Shown here: positions 34,710-44,271 of the stretch, piece after piece
Position numbering within the stretch: position 1 is the first letter of the stretch
How the letters are laid out: each line of letters begins with the position of its first letter
NCBI GenBank assembly: GCA_003218475.1
Contig: QHNR01000106.1
Span: 1,388 to 65,387 of the forward strand
Origin: Verrucomicrobiota bacterium
Lineage (GTDB): Bacteria > Verrucomicrobiota > Verrucomicrobiia > Chthoniobacterales > UBA10450
Direction: 5' to 3'
Length of the DNA stretch: 64,000 bases
Position numbers and translations under genes: made by a program
The notes under the pieces: generated by a model
What the model was told of the DNA's origin: nothing
Seen by the model: only the letters and a program-made list of their open reading frames with translations
The model's database searches: none

Positions 34710-35021
34710 ATGAAGATCTTATCCGTTCTCGCATTAGCGCTCGCTGCTGGATTTTGCGTTGCGGCGGAGCCGATCTGGAACCCGGCTGATGCCGTGAAGG
34801 AAGCCGAACAAGATATTCGGACGGGGCATATCAAGTTTTATTGGTCGGGCAGCATCGCGTCGATGCCAGTTGGTGTTCCGATCGAGGTAGCGAAGAAGTA
34901 TCCGCAAGCCAATGCTGGAATTGGCTGCGTCACCAACGACATACCACTTCGGAAACGACAGGAAGAATACGCCCGCCGATACAACGAGAAGATGTTTGCT
35001 TGCGTTAGTCAGAAGCATTAA
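34710..35021 (+). CDS. small secreted hypothetical protein
   Basis: Signal-peptide-like MKILSVLALALAAGFCVAA. No family recognised. Confidence 0.4.
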   Translation: MKILSVLALALAAGFCVAAEPIWNPADAVKEAEQDIRTGHIKFYWSGSIASMPVGVPIEVAKKYPQANAGIGCVTNDIPLRKRQEEYARRYNEKMFACVSQKH

Positions 35022-35399
35022 TGCGCACCGCCCTCGTCATTAGCGCCTTGATTGTGCCGGTCATCGCACTGGCGCTTCCGGACGACGCAACTTTGTCACG
35101 GCTTTTGCTTGGAACATGGCACGGCCATCGACACGACACTCAATATCGCGGGGACGGAACCTGGATCATGGATCCGCCCGACGAAGGCGACAACACCCGC
35201 GGAAAATGGCGGATCGAACACGGCCGGTTGATTGAGACGTGGCGAGTCTTCCGATTCGACGTCTTTGGATGAGATCATCGAACTGACTGAAAAGGTTTTT
35301 AAGTCCCGCATCATTTCACAGGAGGGACCAGGTAAGCCTGAAGGGCAGGTCCTTCCGAGCGAGATTTTCACTGTTACCCGTGTAACGACGAAGAAGTAG
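35021..35399 (+). pseudogene. small secreted hypothetical protein, possible frameshift near 35240
   Basis: ORF 35021..35272 ends ..GRLIETWRVFRFDVFG*. The neighbouring frame, open from 35232, continues ..ESSDSTSLDEIIELTEKVFKSRIISQEGPGKPEGQVLPSEIFTVTRV*, which reads like the rest of a small beta-barrel domain. Confidence 0.3.
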
Positions 35400-35509
35400 G
35401 TCGGGGCTCATTCGCGATTCTCGATCTGCAACATTGTGTCAGCCACCGCAGGGATACAGTCCATAATAGGATTAGACCCAACCATTCTGTATAATCCTCG
35501 TTAGGCCGT

Positions 35510-36451
35510 ATGAGGTTTCCCACGGTGTCAATTCTTCAAAGGCAATCAGTAATCCGTATTCCGCGGCAACTTAATGCCCTTCTGGTCGTCGGCGTCACTT
35601 TGCTCTGTACGGCGGCCCCGCTGGTTCCCACCAACGCAGCCATTGCCGCTGCGAGCGGAATTGTCTTGTTGGCTATGCTGGCTTGGTACAAGCGGTGTCC
35701 GGCAGCTGCGCCCTTTTCAATTTTCTGCGTGATCTGCCTCAGCCTGATCTTCTCCGGCGTGCGATATTTTCCCGTTATCCTGGCCCTTGGTCTCCTTGGT
35801 TACGCGGGGGTCGTGCGCGGTGTACCCTGGCTGCGGGGAACAGCGACGTGGGCTCGGTGGGGATCTTTCGATGCGGGCGTCTGCTTGCTCTCCGTAGGCG
35901 CATGGCTCCTCGCAGCCGTCGCGCTTCTCAGCTGGTACCTTCTTCTCCATCCGAATATTGCGGATATCGTCAAAGCTTATGTGCCACCGCTGCCATTGGG
36001 ACTGCTGATTGCTGGCGGCCTGATTTTTGCCATGCTCAACGCAGCTGTCGAAGAAGCCACCTATCGCGGTGTGTTCTTACACGCGCTGGATAGGTCACTC
36101 GGACCGGGATTCGCAGCTCTTCTGCTGCAAGCCGTTGCCTTCGGAGCGATTCATATCAGAGGATTTCCGCGCGGTTGGCTTGGCGTTGGCCTCGCTTGTA
36201 TCTTCGGGCTGTTCATGGGGGTCATTCGGCGACGCGGCGGCGGCATGTTCGCTCCCTGGGTAGCACATGTTTTCACAGACGTCGTGATCGCGGGAATCGT
36301 GCTCCTCCTAGCGCGCCCTGAAAGGCCAAACCAGGCAGTTCAGCGAACCGCGAGCCAGCCTGCGATCTGCCTTCTGCGCGTTTGCCATCCACCCTTTGGC
36401 TGCGAGTCACGCTTTACCGGACTCGCGGTCGCTGATCTTGTGTCTCGTTAG
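35510..36451 (+). CDS. CPBP-family intramembrane glutamic endopeptidase (CAAX protease-like)
   Basis: Multi-pass membrane protein with NAAVEEATYRG (EExxxR) and AVAFGAIH (FxxxH) motifs. Confidence 0.75.
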   Translation: MRFPTVSILQRQSVIRIPRQLNALLVVGVTLLCTAAPLVPTNAAIAAASGIVLLAMLAWYKRCPAAAPFSIFCVICLSLIFSGVRYFPVILALGLLGYAGVVRGVPWLRGTATWARWGSFDAGVCLLSVGAWLLAAVALLSWYLLLHPNIADIVKAYVPPLPLGLLIAGGLIFAMLNAAVEEATYRGVFLHALDRSLGPGFAALLLQAVAFGAIHIRGFPRGWLGVGLACIFGLFMGVIRRRGGGMFAPWVAHVFTDVVIAGIVLLLARPERPNQAVQRTASQPAICLLRVCHPPFGCESRFTGLAVADLVSR

Positions 36452-36557
36452 GCTCACAGCGAAACTCACCCTATGGCAGAGAAGACGCTAGACTCGATGA
36501 GGATCGAAAATTTCTTCGACGGAACTGACATTCACTGCTAACCGGGAAGGAATCAAA

Positions 36558-37478
36558 ATGAGGCTAAGTAAAATTATCGGCTTCGCCGTTAGCGCAATGT
36601 TAGCTGCTACGGCAGCGTGGGCCGACGAAACCCTCATCGTCAGCAATGTTCTTGGACCCGAGGGGCCATTGTACGTTGACGGCAACCTTTACTACGTTGG
36701 TTGGGTCTCAAACACGCTGTCGAAATGGGATGGCAAGACGACCACGGTATTGAACCATACCCCGGGTTGCGGTCATAACGGGCTGGCGCTTACCAAACGA
36801 AAGACGTTCCTCCTTGCCTGCACCGAGGAGCATGGCGCCATTCTTGAGCTCGACATGACCGGCAAGCAGCTGCGCCGTTGGGATGCCGAGAAGAACGGCA
36901 AGCCATTCGACGGCGGCATAAATGATATTGTGGTGACCGCCAATGGCGGCGCTTATGCCACGGTTTTCGGTCCGTACAAGGACCTGCCAACCTCGGTGGT
37001 AGGGAAAGTTCTGTATCTTGCGCCCGGCGGTGAGAACTGGGTTGAAGTAGCGGACGATCTGAATTACGCCAACGGAATAGGCGTCTCCCCGGACCAAAAG
37101 ACCCTCTACGTCAGCGAAACCGTCGGGAACTGCATGTTAAAATTCAAGATCAATGACGACGGCTCGTTGAGTAACCGATCGAATTTTGCTCTGCTAAACC
37201 TTCTTACACCAAACAAGGTCGAATCCTGGTGGCTTGGACCTGATAGCATGAAAATCGACAGCAAAGGTAACATTTATGTTGCTCAATGGTTTGGCGGCAA
37301 GATTTTGAAGATATCTCCTGACGGCAAGCTTCTGCACGTATTTAAGATCGCCGCGGGTGACGGCACAACAAACGTTGCCTTCAGCGAAGGCGAGAAGGAG
37401 TTATACGTGACCGTGGTGAAAGACGCGAAGGACCCGCAGGCAAAGGGCAGCATCGTAAAGATCGCAAATGTGAAGTAA
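36558..37478 (+). CDS. SMP-30/gluconolactonase/LRE-family beta-propeller protein with signal peptide
   Basis: GPEGPLYVDGNLYYV, NDIVVTANGGAY, ANGIGVSPDQKTLYVSET. Confidence 0.75.
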   Translation: MRLSKIIGFAVSAMLAATAAWADETLIVSNVLGPEGPLYVDGNLYYVGWVSNTLSKWDGKTTTVLNHTPGCGHNGLALTKRKTFLLACTEEHGAILELDMTGKQLRRWDAEKNGKPFDGGINDIVVTANGGAYATVFGPYKDLPTSVVGKVLYLAPGGENWVEVADDLNYANGIGVSPDQKTLYVSETVGNCMLKFKINDDGSLSNRSNFALLNLLTPNKVESWWLGPDSMKIDSKGNIYVAQWFGGKILKISPDGKLLHVFKIAAGDGTTNVAFSEGEKELYVTVVKDAKDPQAKGSIVKIANVK

Positions 37479-37616
37479 CGAATTTGCTTATGGCGAACGA
37501 CGCGTTCGAATCCGCGCCTACGAACTTTGGAAGATCGACAACGACGGACTCATTGCAGAATCGAAAGGCCACTTTGATGGCGCGGAGTAGGAACGTCAGC
37601 TCAAGCACGGTGGCCG

Positions 37617-38600
37617 CTAAGAACTTTGGACGGAACACGATTTGCGCAGCTGATTGGCTACGTTCGAAATAAGATCTCGCATATGTTTAACAATGGCGGG
37701 AGTGACAACGATTCTTTGGCCGACGTGGTACGTTTTGTCACCTGAGCGCTTAATATATCGCTGATCCACAATTCCTTCATGGTGAGCGAGCAAGTGCCTT
37801 TGTTGATAATAGATCTTCAAAGAGTCAAAATCAGCGCCTAGCCAATATTCATATCCTTCACCGATTGCTGTGCGCCACAATTTACTTGATTCAGTCAAAC
37901 GCTGGAACGCATTCAATGGCGCTGGTTGCAGATTCGGGAGTTGGGAATACAACTCCTCACTTAGACGCTGCAGTCCTCCCGACAAGCTCCACAAGACAAC
38001 TCTCAATAAGGGATCTGCAAATGTCTGCCGCCTCATCTTTCTGATCCGTTTCTTCCAGAAGTAAACGCATTTTCTCAACGTTTTCGAACTTCGCTCTGGT
38101 TTTTTCGAGAGAAGTGTCAAACATTCGCTCAGCGGAGCTGTGACCACAGCAAGGGCAGAAAAAGGCAGAACCAATCACTGCAAAGCGAGCCTTACAGTTA
38201 GCGCACTCAATAGCCATTTGAAAAGGCTCAATCGCTGGCGCGGGCAGGCTGTAAGATCGATAGTTACCTCCACTAACCTTCATCGACATTGTGATGAGGG
38301 AGTTGCGGAATTGTCGTCGATTGAAGTCACTAGCAAATCCTTCCAGCATTTTATGGAGCTCTTCCTCCACATAATTTCGTGCTTCTTTCTCGAGGTGCTG
38401 AACCTGGGCTTGGGTATGCCAGTATCAGCCGGAGCGGCATGCCGGCATTGCGGGCAAAACACTTCCTCGTCTCGAAATAAATTCTTCCAGTCGGTGGAAT
38501 TGACCTTGAATACAACGAGGCATTCCTCAGACGGGCATTGTCGGTCGATGAAACCCTTTTCGTCTGCGGAGATCTGAATTGAAAAAGTGCACTGCGACAT
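37617..38600 (-). pseudogene. double zinc-ribbon + C-terminal HEPN-like (RHLLAHH) protein, broken by two frameshifts
   Basis: Three overlapping minus-strand ORFs (38600-38280, 38370-37957, 38174-37617) join into one ~325-aa protein if single-base shifts are allowed near 38420-38430 and 37970-37986. CxxC pairs: CPSEEC..CPQC and CANC..CPCC. C-terminus reads QQRHLLAHHEGIVD. Confidence 0.5.
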
Positions 38601-38609
38601 GTTCTGATT

Positions 38610-39761
38610 TTATGCGTATTCGGCGATGGCTTTGGCGACGTCGAGCGTGGACGCGTTTCCTCCCATATCATAGGTACGCACCTTGCCTTCGGCGATCACG
38701 CGCGCGATGGCGGACTCGAGACGCGTTGCGCGCTCGGTCTCATTGAGCCAATCGAACATCAGCTTCGCTGTTAAGAGCATCGCGATTGGATTCACCTTGT
38801 ATTGACCGGCATATTTCGGTGCGGAACCATGCGTTGGTTCGAACACCGCGTAGTCATCGCCCAGATTTGCGCTCGGCGCGAAGCCGAGTCCGCCCACAAG
38901 GCCGGCGCACAAGTCACTCACGATGTCGCCAAACATGTTTTCTGCGACCAGCACCAAGTAGTCCTGCGGATTCTTGAACATCCACATGCAGATGGCGTCG
39001 ATGTTTACTTCGTCGGCCCAAATGTCCGGATATCCCTTTGCTACGTCGCGGAAACAGCGCGTCATAAGGCCGCCGGTCTCGCGCAGCACATTTGGTTTCT
39101 CGATTAGCGTCACGCGTTTGCGTCCGGTTTTCTTCGCGTACTCGAACGCCTCTTTACAAATATTGGTGCATCCCTGCACGCTCATAATGCGTGTGGAGAG
39201 CGCAATGTTCTCGAGTCCTGCTTTGTCTTTCCACTTCTTCATTTTTGGATTTGCGCACAGCGCGGTAAAAACCGATTCCGGCAACGGAAAAAATTCGACG
39301 CCGCCGTACATGCCCTCGGTATTTTCTCGGAACACGACCTGATCGATCGGTACGTCTTCGCCACTTGGATTTGTGATCTTGTTACCGCGGTAGTTCAGCG
39401 GATTTCCGGGGTAACTTTTGCACGGTCGCATGTTGGTGTGCAGATTGAATAACTGTCGCAGCCCGACGATTGGCGAGAAATACGAAAGGCCTTTGTCCTT
39501 GAGTTCTGGGCTCAATTCCTCCTTCGCTTTATCTTGCGCCTTGCTCGTGATCGCGCCGAAGAGCGCGCACGTCGTGTCCTTGAGCGCCTTCACCGTGCGA
39601 TCGGGAAGCGCGTTGCCTTCCGTGCACCAATATTTCCAGCCGATATCGCAAGGCACGTACTCGGCGTCGAACTTCATCCGGTCGAGAACGATCCGCGCTG
39701 CTTCCATGACATCGTTGCCCACACCGTCTCCTGGCATCCACGCAATTCTGTATTTAGCCAT
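38610..39761 (-). CDS. isocitrate/isopropylmalate dehydrogenase family protein (IPMDH or homoisocitrate DH-like)
   Basis: MAKYRIAWMPGDGVGNDV, LFGAITSK, LRQLFNLHTNMRP, RENTEGMY, FEPTHGSAPKYAG. Confidence 0.85.
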   Translation of the reverse strand: MAKYRIAWMPGDGVGNDVMEAARIVLDRMKFDAEYVPCDIGWKYWCTEGNALPDRTVKALKDTTCALFGAITSKAQDKAKEELSPELKDKGLSYFSPIVGLRQLFNLHTNMRPCKSYPGNPLNYRGNKITNPSGEDVPIDQVVFRENTEGMYGGVEFFPLPESVFTALCANPKMKKWKDKAGLENIALSTRIMSVQGCTNICKEAFEYAKKTGRKRVTLIEKPNVLRETGGLMTRCFRDVAKGYPDIWADEVNIDAICMWMFKNPQDYLVLVAENMFGDIVSDLCAGLVGGLGFAPSANLGDDYAVFEPTHGSAPKYAGQYKVNPIAMLLTAKLMFDWLNETERATRLESAIARVIAEGKVRTYDMGGNASTLDVAKAIAEYA

Positions 39762-40084
39762 AGGAAGCCGATTTTATCGGCGCGCGCCCCGCCCGCAAGC
39801 GAGCCCCGTAGTTTTAGAGGCGACCGCGGATTACCCGCCTTTGCCTAAGCTCCGGCGCGGCACGCGCGGATAAAACTGATAGAGATCCAGCAGCAAACAA
39901 TGGCAAGAGGACAGATGGCGCGACAGGCTCGCCACGGGACGAGTCCGTCCGACTGGCGGACAGGATGCCTGCGCTACGAGTGCAGCGCCCACATGTTAAT
40001 GCCGCGCTGGAAAACGTTGTCCCGAATTCGTCTGGTTGTTCGTCGTACTCATAAAGAACGAAATCAGCGACGAGGGGGCAAAGT

Positions 40085-40204
40085 ATGAGCACACAGGTAA
40101 GGACATCGAAAAGAACTGAAAATCCGGCAGCGCATGAAATCGTGTCGCGCGCCGAATTGCTGCAGTGCATGAGTCAGCGGCGGCGTAAGGGGAACGCGAC
40201 ATGA
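40085..40204 (+). CDS. tiny basic ORF (39 aa), first of three overlapping small ORFs
   Basis: AGGGGG lies 8 nt upstream of the ATG. The stop overlaps the next ATG (ATGA). Translated by hand, since it is below the ORF-track length cutoff. Confidence 0.3.
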   Translation: MSTQVRTSKRTENPAAHEIVSRAELLQCMSQRRRKGNAT

Positions 40205-40437
40205 GAACTTTCGCGCAACACTTCCTTCACATCGTGAGTCCAATCGCTTCGGCGATTGCGCTCGTATTATTGCCGAAGTGTCCGGTGTGTCTTGCCGCTT
40301 ATCTGATGATGGCAACCGGAATCAGTATTTCTGTTGCGGCGGCCGTGAGTCTGCGAGCGTCCCTCGTTGTCGTATGTGCTAGCTCGCTCGTTCTTCTTGG
40401 GAGACGATACATTCGCAACCTGGGGGTCGGAGCATGA
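40201..40437 (+). CDS. small 2-TM membrane protein with a CPVC motif
   Basis: IALVLLPKCPVCLAAYLMMATGISISVAAAV... Confidence 0.4.
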   Translation: MRTFAQHFLHIVSPIASAIALVLLPKCPVCLAAYLMMATGISISVAAAVSLRASLVVVCASSLVLLGRRYIRNLGVGA

Positions 40438-40595
40438 ACCATGTAAATGCGATTGCTCTCAATTTGATGTCGCTTGCCTTGGGTTCGCTGCGAGGGCTCT
40501 CATTAGGCGACGTGGCTCTGATTATCGCGTGGACCCTGATTATGATCGTGTATGTGGCGGGTCAGGCGTGGCGCTTCCCTGGGAAACACCGATAG
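40434..40595 (+). CDS. small 2-TM membrane protein (53 aa)
   Basis: ATGA overlap with the preceding ORF. MNHVNAIALNLMSLALGSL..VALIIAWTLIMIVYVAG. Translated by hand. Confidence 0.3.
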   Translation: MNHVNAIALNLMSLALGSLRGLSLGDVALIIAWTLIMIVYVAGQAWRFPGKHR

Positions 40596-40712
40596 AAGAG
40601 CTAGCAAAGCGTGCTGTCGCGCCGCGTAGTAGCGGTGGCGAAATAAATGTCCCAAAACGGTGTGCTCGTTCGTCGCTTTATTGAAGAACGAACGTAAAAT
40701 TAGGAGAGGAAT

Positions 40713-41096
40713 ATGTTAAGAGACAGCAAAGGATTCAGCGGATTTTCGGCAGGGGACATCCCGAAGGCGAAAGAATTCTACGAGAAAACACTCGGCCTCG
40801 ACGTTTCGGAATCTCACGGTCTACTCACGTTGCGGCTCGCCGGAGGCAACAACGTTCTCATTTATCCAAAGCCCAACCATGTGCCGGCGGCGTTCACGGT
40901 TTTGAATTTTCCCGTTAAGGATGTCGATCTTGCCGTCGACGAGCTGGCGAAACGAGGTGTCCGCTTCGAGATATACGATCTGCCCGACCTCAAGACGGAC
41001 GAGAAAGGCATCATGCGCGGAAATGGTCCGACCATTGCCTGGTTCAAGGATCCGGCTGGAAACATTTTGTCGGTGATCGAAGACGCAAAAGATTAA
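40713..41096 (+). CDS. VOC/glyoxalase-family protein
   Basis: [14 protein letters not shown]...[15 protein letters not shown]. Confidence 0.75.
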   Translation: MLRDSKGFSGFSAGDIPKAKEFYEKTLGLDVSESHGLLTLRLAGGNNVLIYPKPNHVPAAFTVLNFPVKDVDLAVDELAKRGVRFEIYDLPDLKTDEKGIMRGNGPTIAWFKDPAGNILSVIEDAKD

Positions 41097-41127
41097 AACT
41101 AGCAACCCAAACCCAAAGGAGAGTTCT

Positions 41128-41892
41128 ATGGCCAAAGCAAAAAGGAAAAAAACAATGAAGACACCGCCGATCGTGTCACCGAAGGAGTGGGAGGCTGCGC
41201 GTCAGAAACTGCTCGTGAAGGAGAAGAAGCTGACCCGCGCCCGGGACGAGTTGGCAGCCGAACGTCGGCGGATGCCGTGGCTGGCCGTTAAGAAGAATTA
41301 CGAGTTCGACGGACCCAAGGGCAAAGCGAGCTTGCTCGACCTGTTCGAGGGCCGGCGTCAGCTGATCCTCTACCGCGCCTTCTTCGAACCCGGCGTGAAG
41401 GGGTGGCCCAAGCATGCCTGCGTCGGCTGCTCCATGGTAGCCGACCAGGTCGCCCACGTCGCCCATCTGAACACCCGCGACACCACTCTCGCGTTCGCCT
41501 CGCGCGCGCCGCAGAAGGACATCGAGCGTGTGAAAACGCGCATGGCCTGGGAGATGCCCTGGTACACCATAACGGACGACTTCGACAAAGACTTTGGAGT
41601 GGACGAGTGGCACGGCACGAACGCATTCATCCGTGCGGGCGACAGCGTGTTCCGAACCTACTTCATCAACAACCGCGGCGACGAGCAGATGGGAAACACC
41701 TGGAACTACCTCGACATCACCGCGCTTGGGCGCCAGGAAGAATGGGAGGACTCGCCGGACGGCTACCCGCAGACTCCGACGTACGAGTGGTGGATCTGGC
41801 ACGACGAACCAGACACGACGGATGAAGATCGACCAGGCCTAGTGCAACTGCGCGCTTATCGCGACTACGCGAAGGGCGGCAGCGCCACATGA
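41128..41892 (+). CDS. DUF899 thioredoxin-like protein
   Basis: SPKEWEAARQKLLVKEKKLTRARDELAAERRRMPW, LILYRAFFEPG, CVGCSMVADQVAH, VFRTYFINNRGDEQMG. Confidence 0.8.
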   Translation: MAKAKRKKTMKTPPIVSPKEWEAARQKLLVKEKKLTRARDELAAERRRMPWLAVKKNYEFDGPKGKASLLDLFEGRRQLILYRAFFEPGVKGWPKHACVGCSMVADQVAHVAHLNTRDTTLAFASRAPQKDIERVKTRMAWEMPWYTITDDFDKDFGVDEWHGTNAFIRAGDSVFRTYFINNRGDEQMGNTWNYLDITALGRQEEWEDSPDGYPQTPTYEWWIWHDEPDTTDEDRPGLVQLRAYRDYAKGGSAT

Positions 41893-41943
41893 CAATCAAA
41901 GGAGAAGAGTTCACCACAGAGATCACGGAGTTCACAGAACGTT

Positions 41944-42180
41944 CCGGGGAGCGCACGCGCCCTCGCGTGTTGGCGATTGCGCCCCCGCGATCGCGGACTT
42001 TTTTTTCAAAAAATGAACTAGGAAAGATTCCGGCGACGGCGTGGCAATTAGCATCCGAAGTCGGGGTGTGCTCCCCGATCCAACACCACTAAAGTTCGTC
42101 TCGGCGAGGGCGCCGCTGCAACGGACACGAAGGACGGCCCGGCTTTCAAACCAGCACGCGAGGGCGCGTGCGCTCCCCGG
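41944..42180. repeat. large palindromic intergenic element E2 (30-bp arms, 1 mismatch)
   Basis: ccggggagcgcacgcgccctcgcgtgttgg at 41944-41973, and ccagcacgcgagggcgcgtgcgctccccgg at 42151-42180. The element ends 1 nt from the aconitase-family stop codon, between convergent genes. Confidence 0.85.
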
Positions 42181-42181
42181 A

Positions 42182-44158
42182 TTACGCTTTCGCACGCAGC
42201 CGGCTGGCGACGAGTTTCTCGGCGCCGCCGGCGACGATCAATTCCTGGGCGGCGGGACTCAGAGGCGGGAATGCGAACGATTTTCCGTCGAGTGTGAGAA
42301 TGGATTTGGCGTAATCGATTGTGATCTCCGGGCCGACAGTCGTCGGCGCGCGGTTGGTCAAGACGGCGCGCAGGTGCGTCACCAACTCGGGACACTCGAA
42401 CACGACGAAACCGTTATTGAACGCGTTGCGTTTGTAAGTTTCCGAAAAACTGCCGGCTATCACGCACGGAATTCCTTTGAACTTCAACGCGGTGGCCGCT
42501 TGTTCGCGGCTCGAGCCAGTTCCAAAATTGAATCCAGCAACAACGACGTCGCCAGACTGGTAGAGCTCGTTGAATTTCGGATCGTAATTTTCAAATGTGA
42601 CTGCCGCCATTTGCTCCGGAGTCATGTCGTCGCGGTATGTGTGTTTGCCGGCGTACATGCCGTCGGTGTTCAAATTGTCTTTGTCGATGAACAGAACGCG
42701 GCCGCGCACACTGGAGGGAAATCCTTCCATGATCTGCACCGATGCTGCGGGCCTTGATTTTCTTTCAGGGCGTCGGACGCCAGTGCCCGCAGGTCGTTCC
42801 GCAAAATTTGTTGGCGCGCAAATGAATCCAGCCAACGCGCTGGCGGCCACGACCGCGGGCGAAGCCAGATATACGTACGCATCGCGATCGCCCATGCGGC
42901 CTTTGAAATTGCGATTCGTTGCGCTGATCGCCGTTTCGCCTTTTTGCACCAGACCGCGCCCCAGTCCAATGCACGCGCCGCAACCGGGCGGGAGTGCAAT
43001 CGCGCCTGCGTCGATGAGAGTTTGCCAATCACCATTTGATTGCGATCTGGCCTGAACTTCCGCGCTGGCCGGCGCGAGATAAAATTCGACACCATTCGCA
43101 ACGTGTCCGCCTCGACTGCGCACCACTTCCGCGGCGTCATGCAAATCCTCGAAGCGCGCGTTCACGCACGACAACAAATACGCTTTCTGAATCGGCACCC
43201 GTTTACGCTCCATCTCAGTGAGGGACACCATCGTCTTAACTTCGTTAGGCCCCGACACGTGCGGAACCACAGTCGCGAGGTCAAGCTCAAGCTCGATAGC
43301 ATACTCTGCATCAACATCGGCGTTGAGGTCGCTGCGATTCTTCCACCACGCGTCGATGTCGGCGTTGGTATACGCGGAGCGACTTTTCGAGCCGCGTCTT
43401 CCCGGTCGGTTGGGATTCGTGAACTCGGGAACACGCGACCGCAGATAATTGACTGTCACCTCATCGAATGGAAACACGCCTGCCAGCGCCCCCCACTCGG
43501 TAGTCATGTTGGCGATCGTCATGCGCGGTGACATGGGCAGATGAGCTACGCCGTCACCCATAAATTCTACCGCGTGGTTGAGCACTTCATCTTTGTTGAA
43601 GAGTCCGCATAAGGCGATGATCACATCCTTTCCGACAACACCGGGTGAGAGCCTTCCTTTGAGCACAACTTTCGCCACTGGCGGGACCTGCCACCATGTC
43701 ACTCCGGTCGCCCAAATACTGGCCGCATCGGTCCGCACGACTGGCGTGCCCAGCGCGGCCGCGCCACCGTATAAATTCGAGTGCGAATCGCTCGCTACGA
43801 CCATGGCGCCCGGGACAACGTAGCCCTGTACCACCATCACCTGGTGCGAAATGCCTGTGCCCGGCGGATAAAAATCGATGTCGTGGTCGCGTGCGAACGC
43901 TTCGATCTTTGCGTACTTCGCCAGATTTTCCGGCGAAGTATTTTGAATGTCGTGATCGATTGCAAAGACCGGCTGTGCGGGATCGGCGATGGTAGTCGCG
44001 CCGATCTGCTTGAACTTCGGAATCACCGCGCCGGTGTTGTCGTGCGTCATTACATGGCGCGGCCGAATTGAAATGAAATCGCCACTGCGCACCACCGTGC
44101 CCGGGGAAAGCCCGTCCGCGTGACGTGCCGCAATCTTCTCAACAAGCGTGAGACCCAT
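42182..44158 (-). CDS. aconitase-family hydro-lyase with fused large and small (swivel) domains (homoaconitase / IPM isomerase-like)
   Basis: 658 aa. HVMTHDNTG, VASDSHSN, CGACIGLG, NRNFKGRMG, then LeuD-like GSSREQAA. Confidence 0.85.
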   Translation of the reverse strand: MGLTLVEKIAARHADGLSPGTVVRSGDFISIRPRHVMTHDNTGAVIPKFKQIGATTIADPAQPVFAIDHDIQNTSPENLAKYAKIEAFARDHDIDFYPPGTGISHQVMVVQGYVVPGAMVVASDSHSNLYGGAAALGTPVVRTDAASIWATGVTWWQVPPVAKVVLKGRLSPGVVGKDVIIALCGLFNKDEVLNHAVEFMGDGVAHLPMSPRMTIANMTTEWGALAGVFPFDEVTVNYLRSRVPEFTNPNRPGRRGSKSRSAYTNADIDAWWKNRSDLNADVDAEYAIELELDLATVVPHVSGPNEVKTMVSLTEMERKRVPIQKAYLLSCVNARFEDLHDAAEVVRSRGGHVANGVEFYLAPASAEVQARSQSNGDWQTLIDAGAIALPPGCGACIGLGRGLVQKGETAISATNRNFKGRMGDRDAYVYLASPAVVAASALAGFICAPTNFAERPAGTGVRRPERKSRPAASVQIMEGFPSSVRGRVLFIDKDNLNTDGMYAGKHTYRDDMTPEQMAAVTFENYDPKFNELYQSGDVVVAGFNFGTGSSREQAATALKFKGIPCVIAGSFSETYKRNAFNNGFVVFECPELVTHLRAVLTNRAPTTVGPEITIDYAKSILTLDGKSFAFPPLSPAAQELIVAGGAEKLVASRLRAKA

Positions 44159-44174
44159 ATCAGTTTTTGAGTTT

Positions 44175-44250
44175 CCCGCGAATCACACGAATCACGCTAA
44201 AGGATAACAGATGAACCAGAAAATTCGCGTCAATTTGCATAATTCGCGGG
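44175..44250. repeat. heptamer/IR cluster (cccgcgaat ... attcgcggg, with gaatcac repeats)
   Basis: 9-bp inverted termini at 44175-44183 and 44242-44250, with cacgaatcacg inside. Confidence 0.7.
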
Positions 44251-44271
44251 CAGAATCTTAACTCGAACGCG

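Noticed and set aside
39814-40170. 118-aa minus-strand ORF in the spacer upstream of the IPMDH-family gene
   Set aside because: It has no motifs and biased composition, and it overlaps the SD-preceded plus-strand mini-ORF. The evidence is insufficient.
41176-41802. 208-aa antisense ORF (and nested 112-, 86- and 140-aa ORFs) opposite the DUF899 gene
   Set aside because: DUF899 on the + strand has clear family motifs. The antisense frames are Arg/Pro/Gly-rich, as expected from GC-rich third positions.
42041-42757. 238-aa plus-strand ORF starting in element E2 and running antisense into the aconitase-family gene
   Set aside because: It begins inside a palindromic repeat and overlaps the 3' end of a strongly supported CDS. 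No motifs were recognised.
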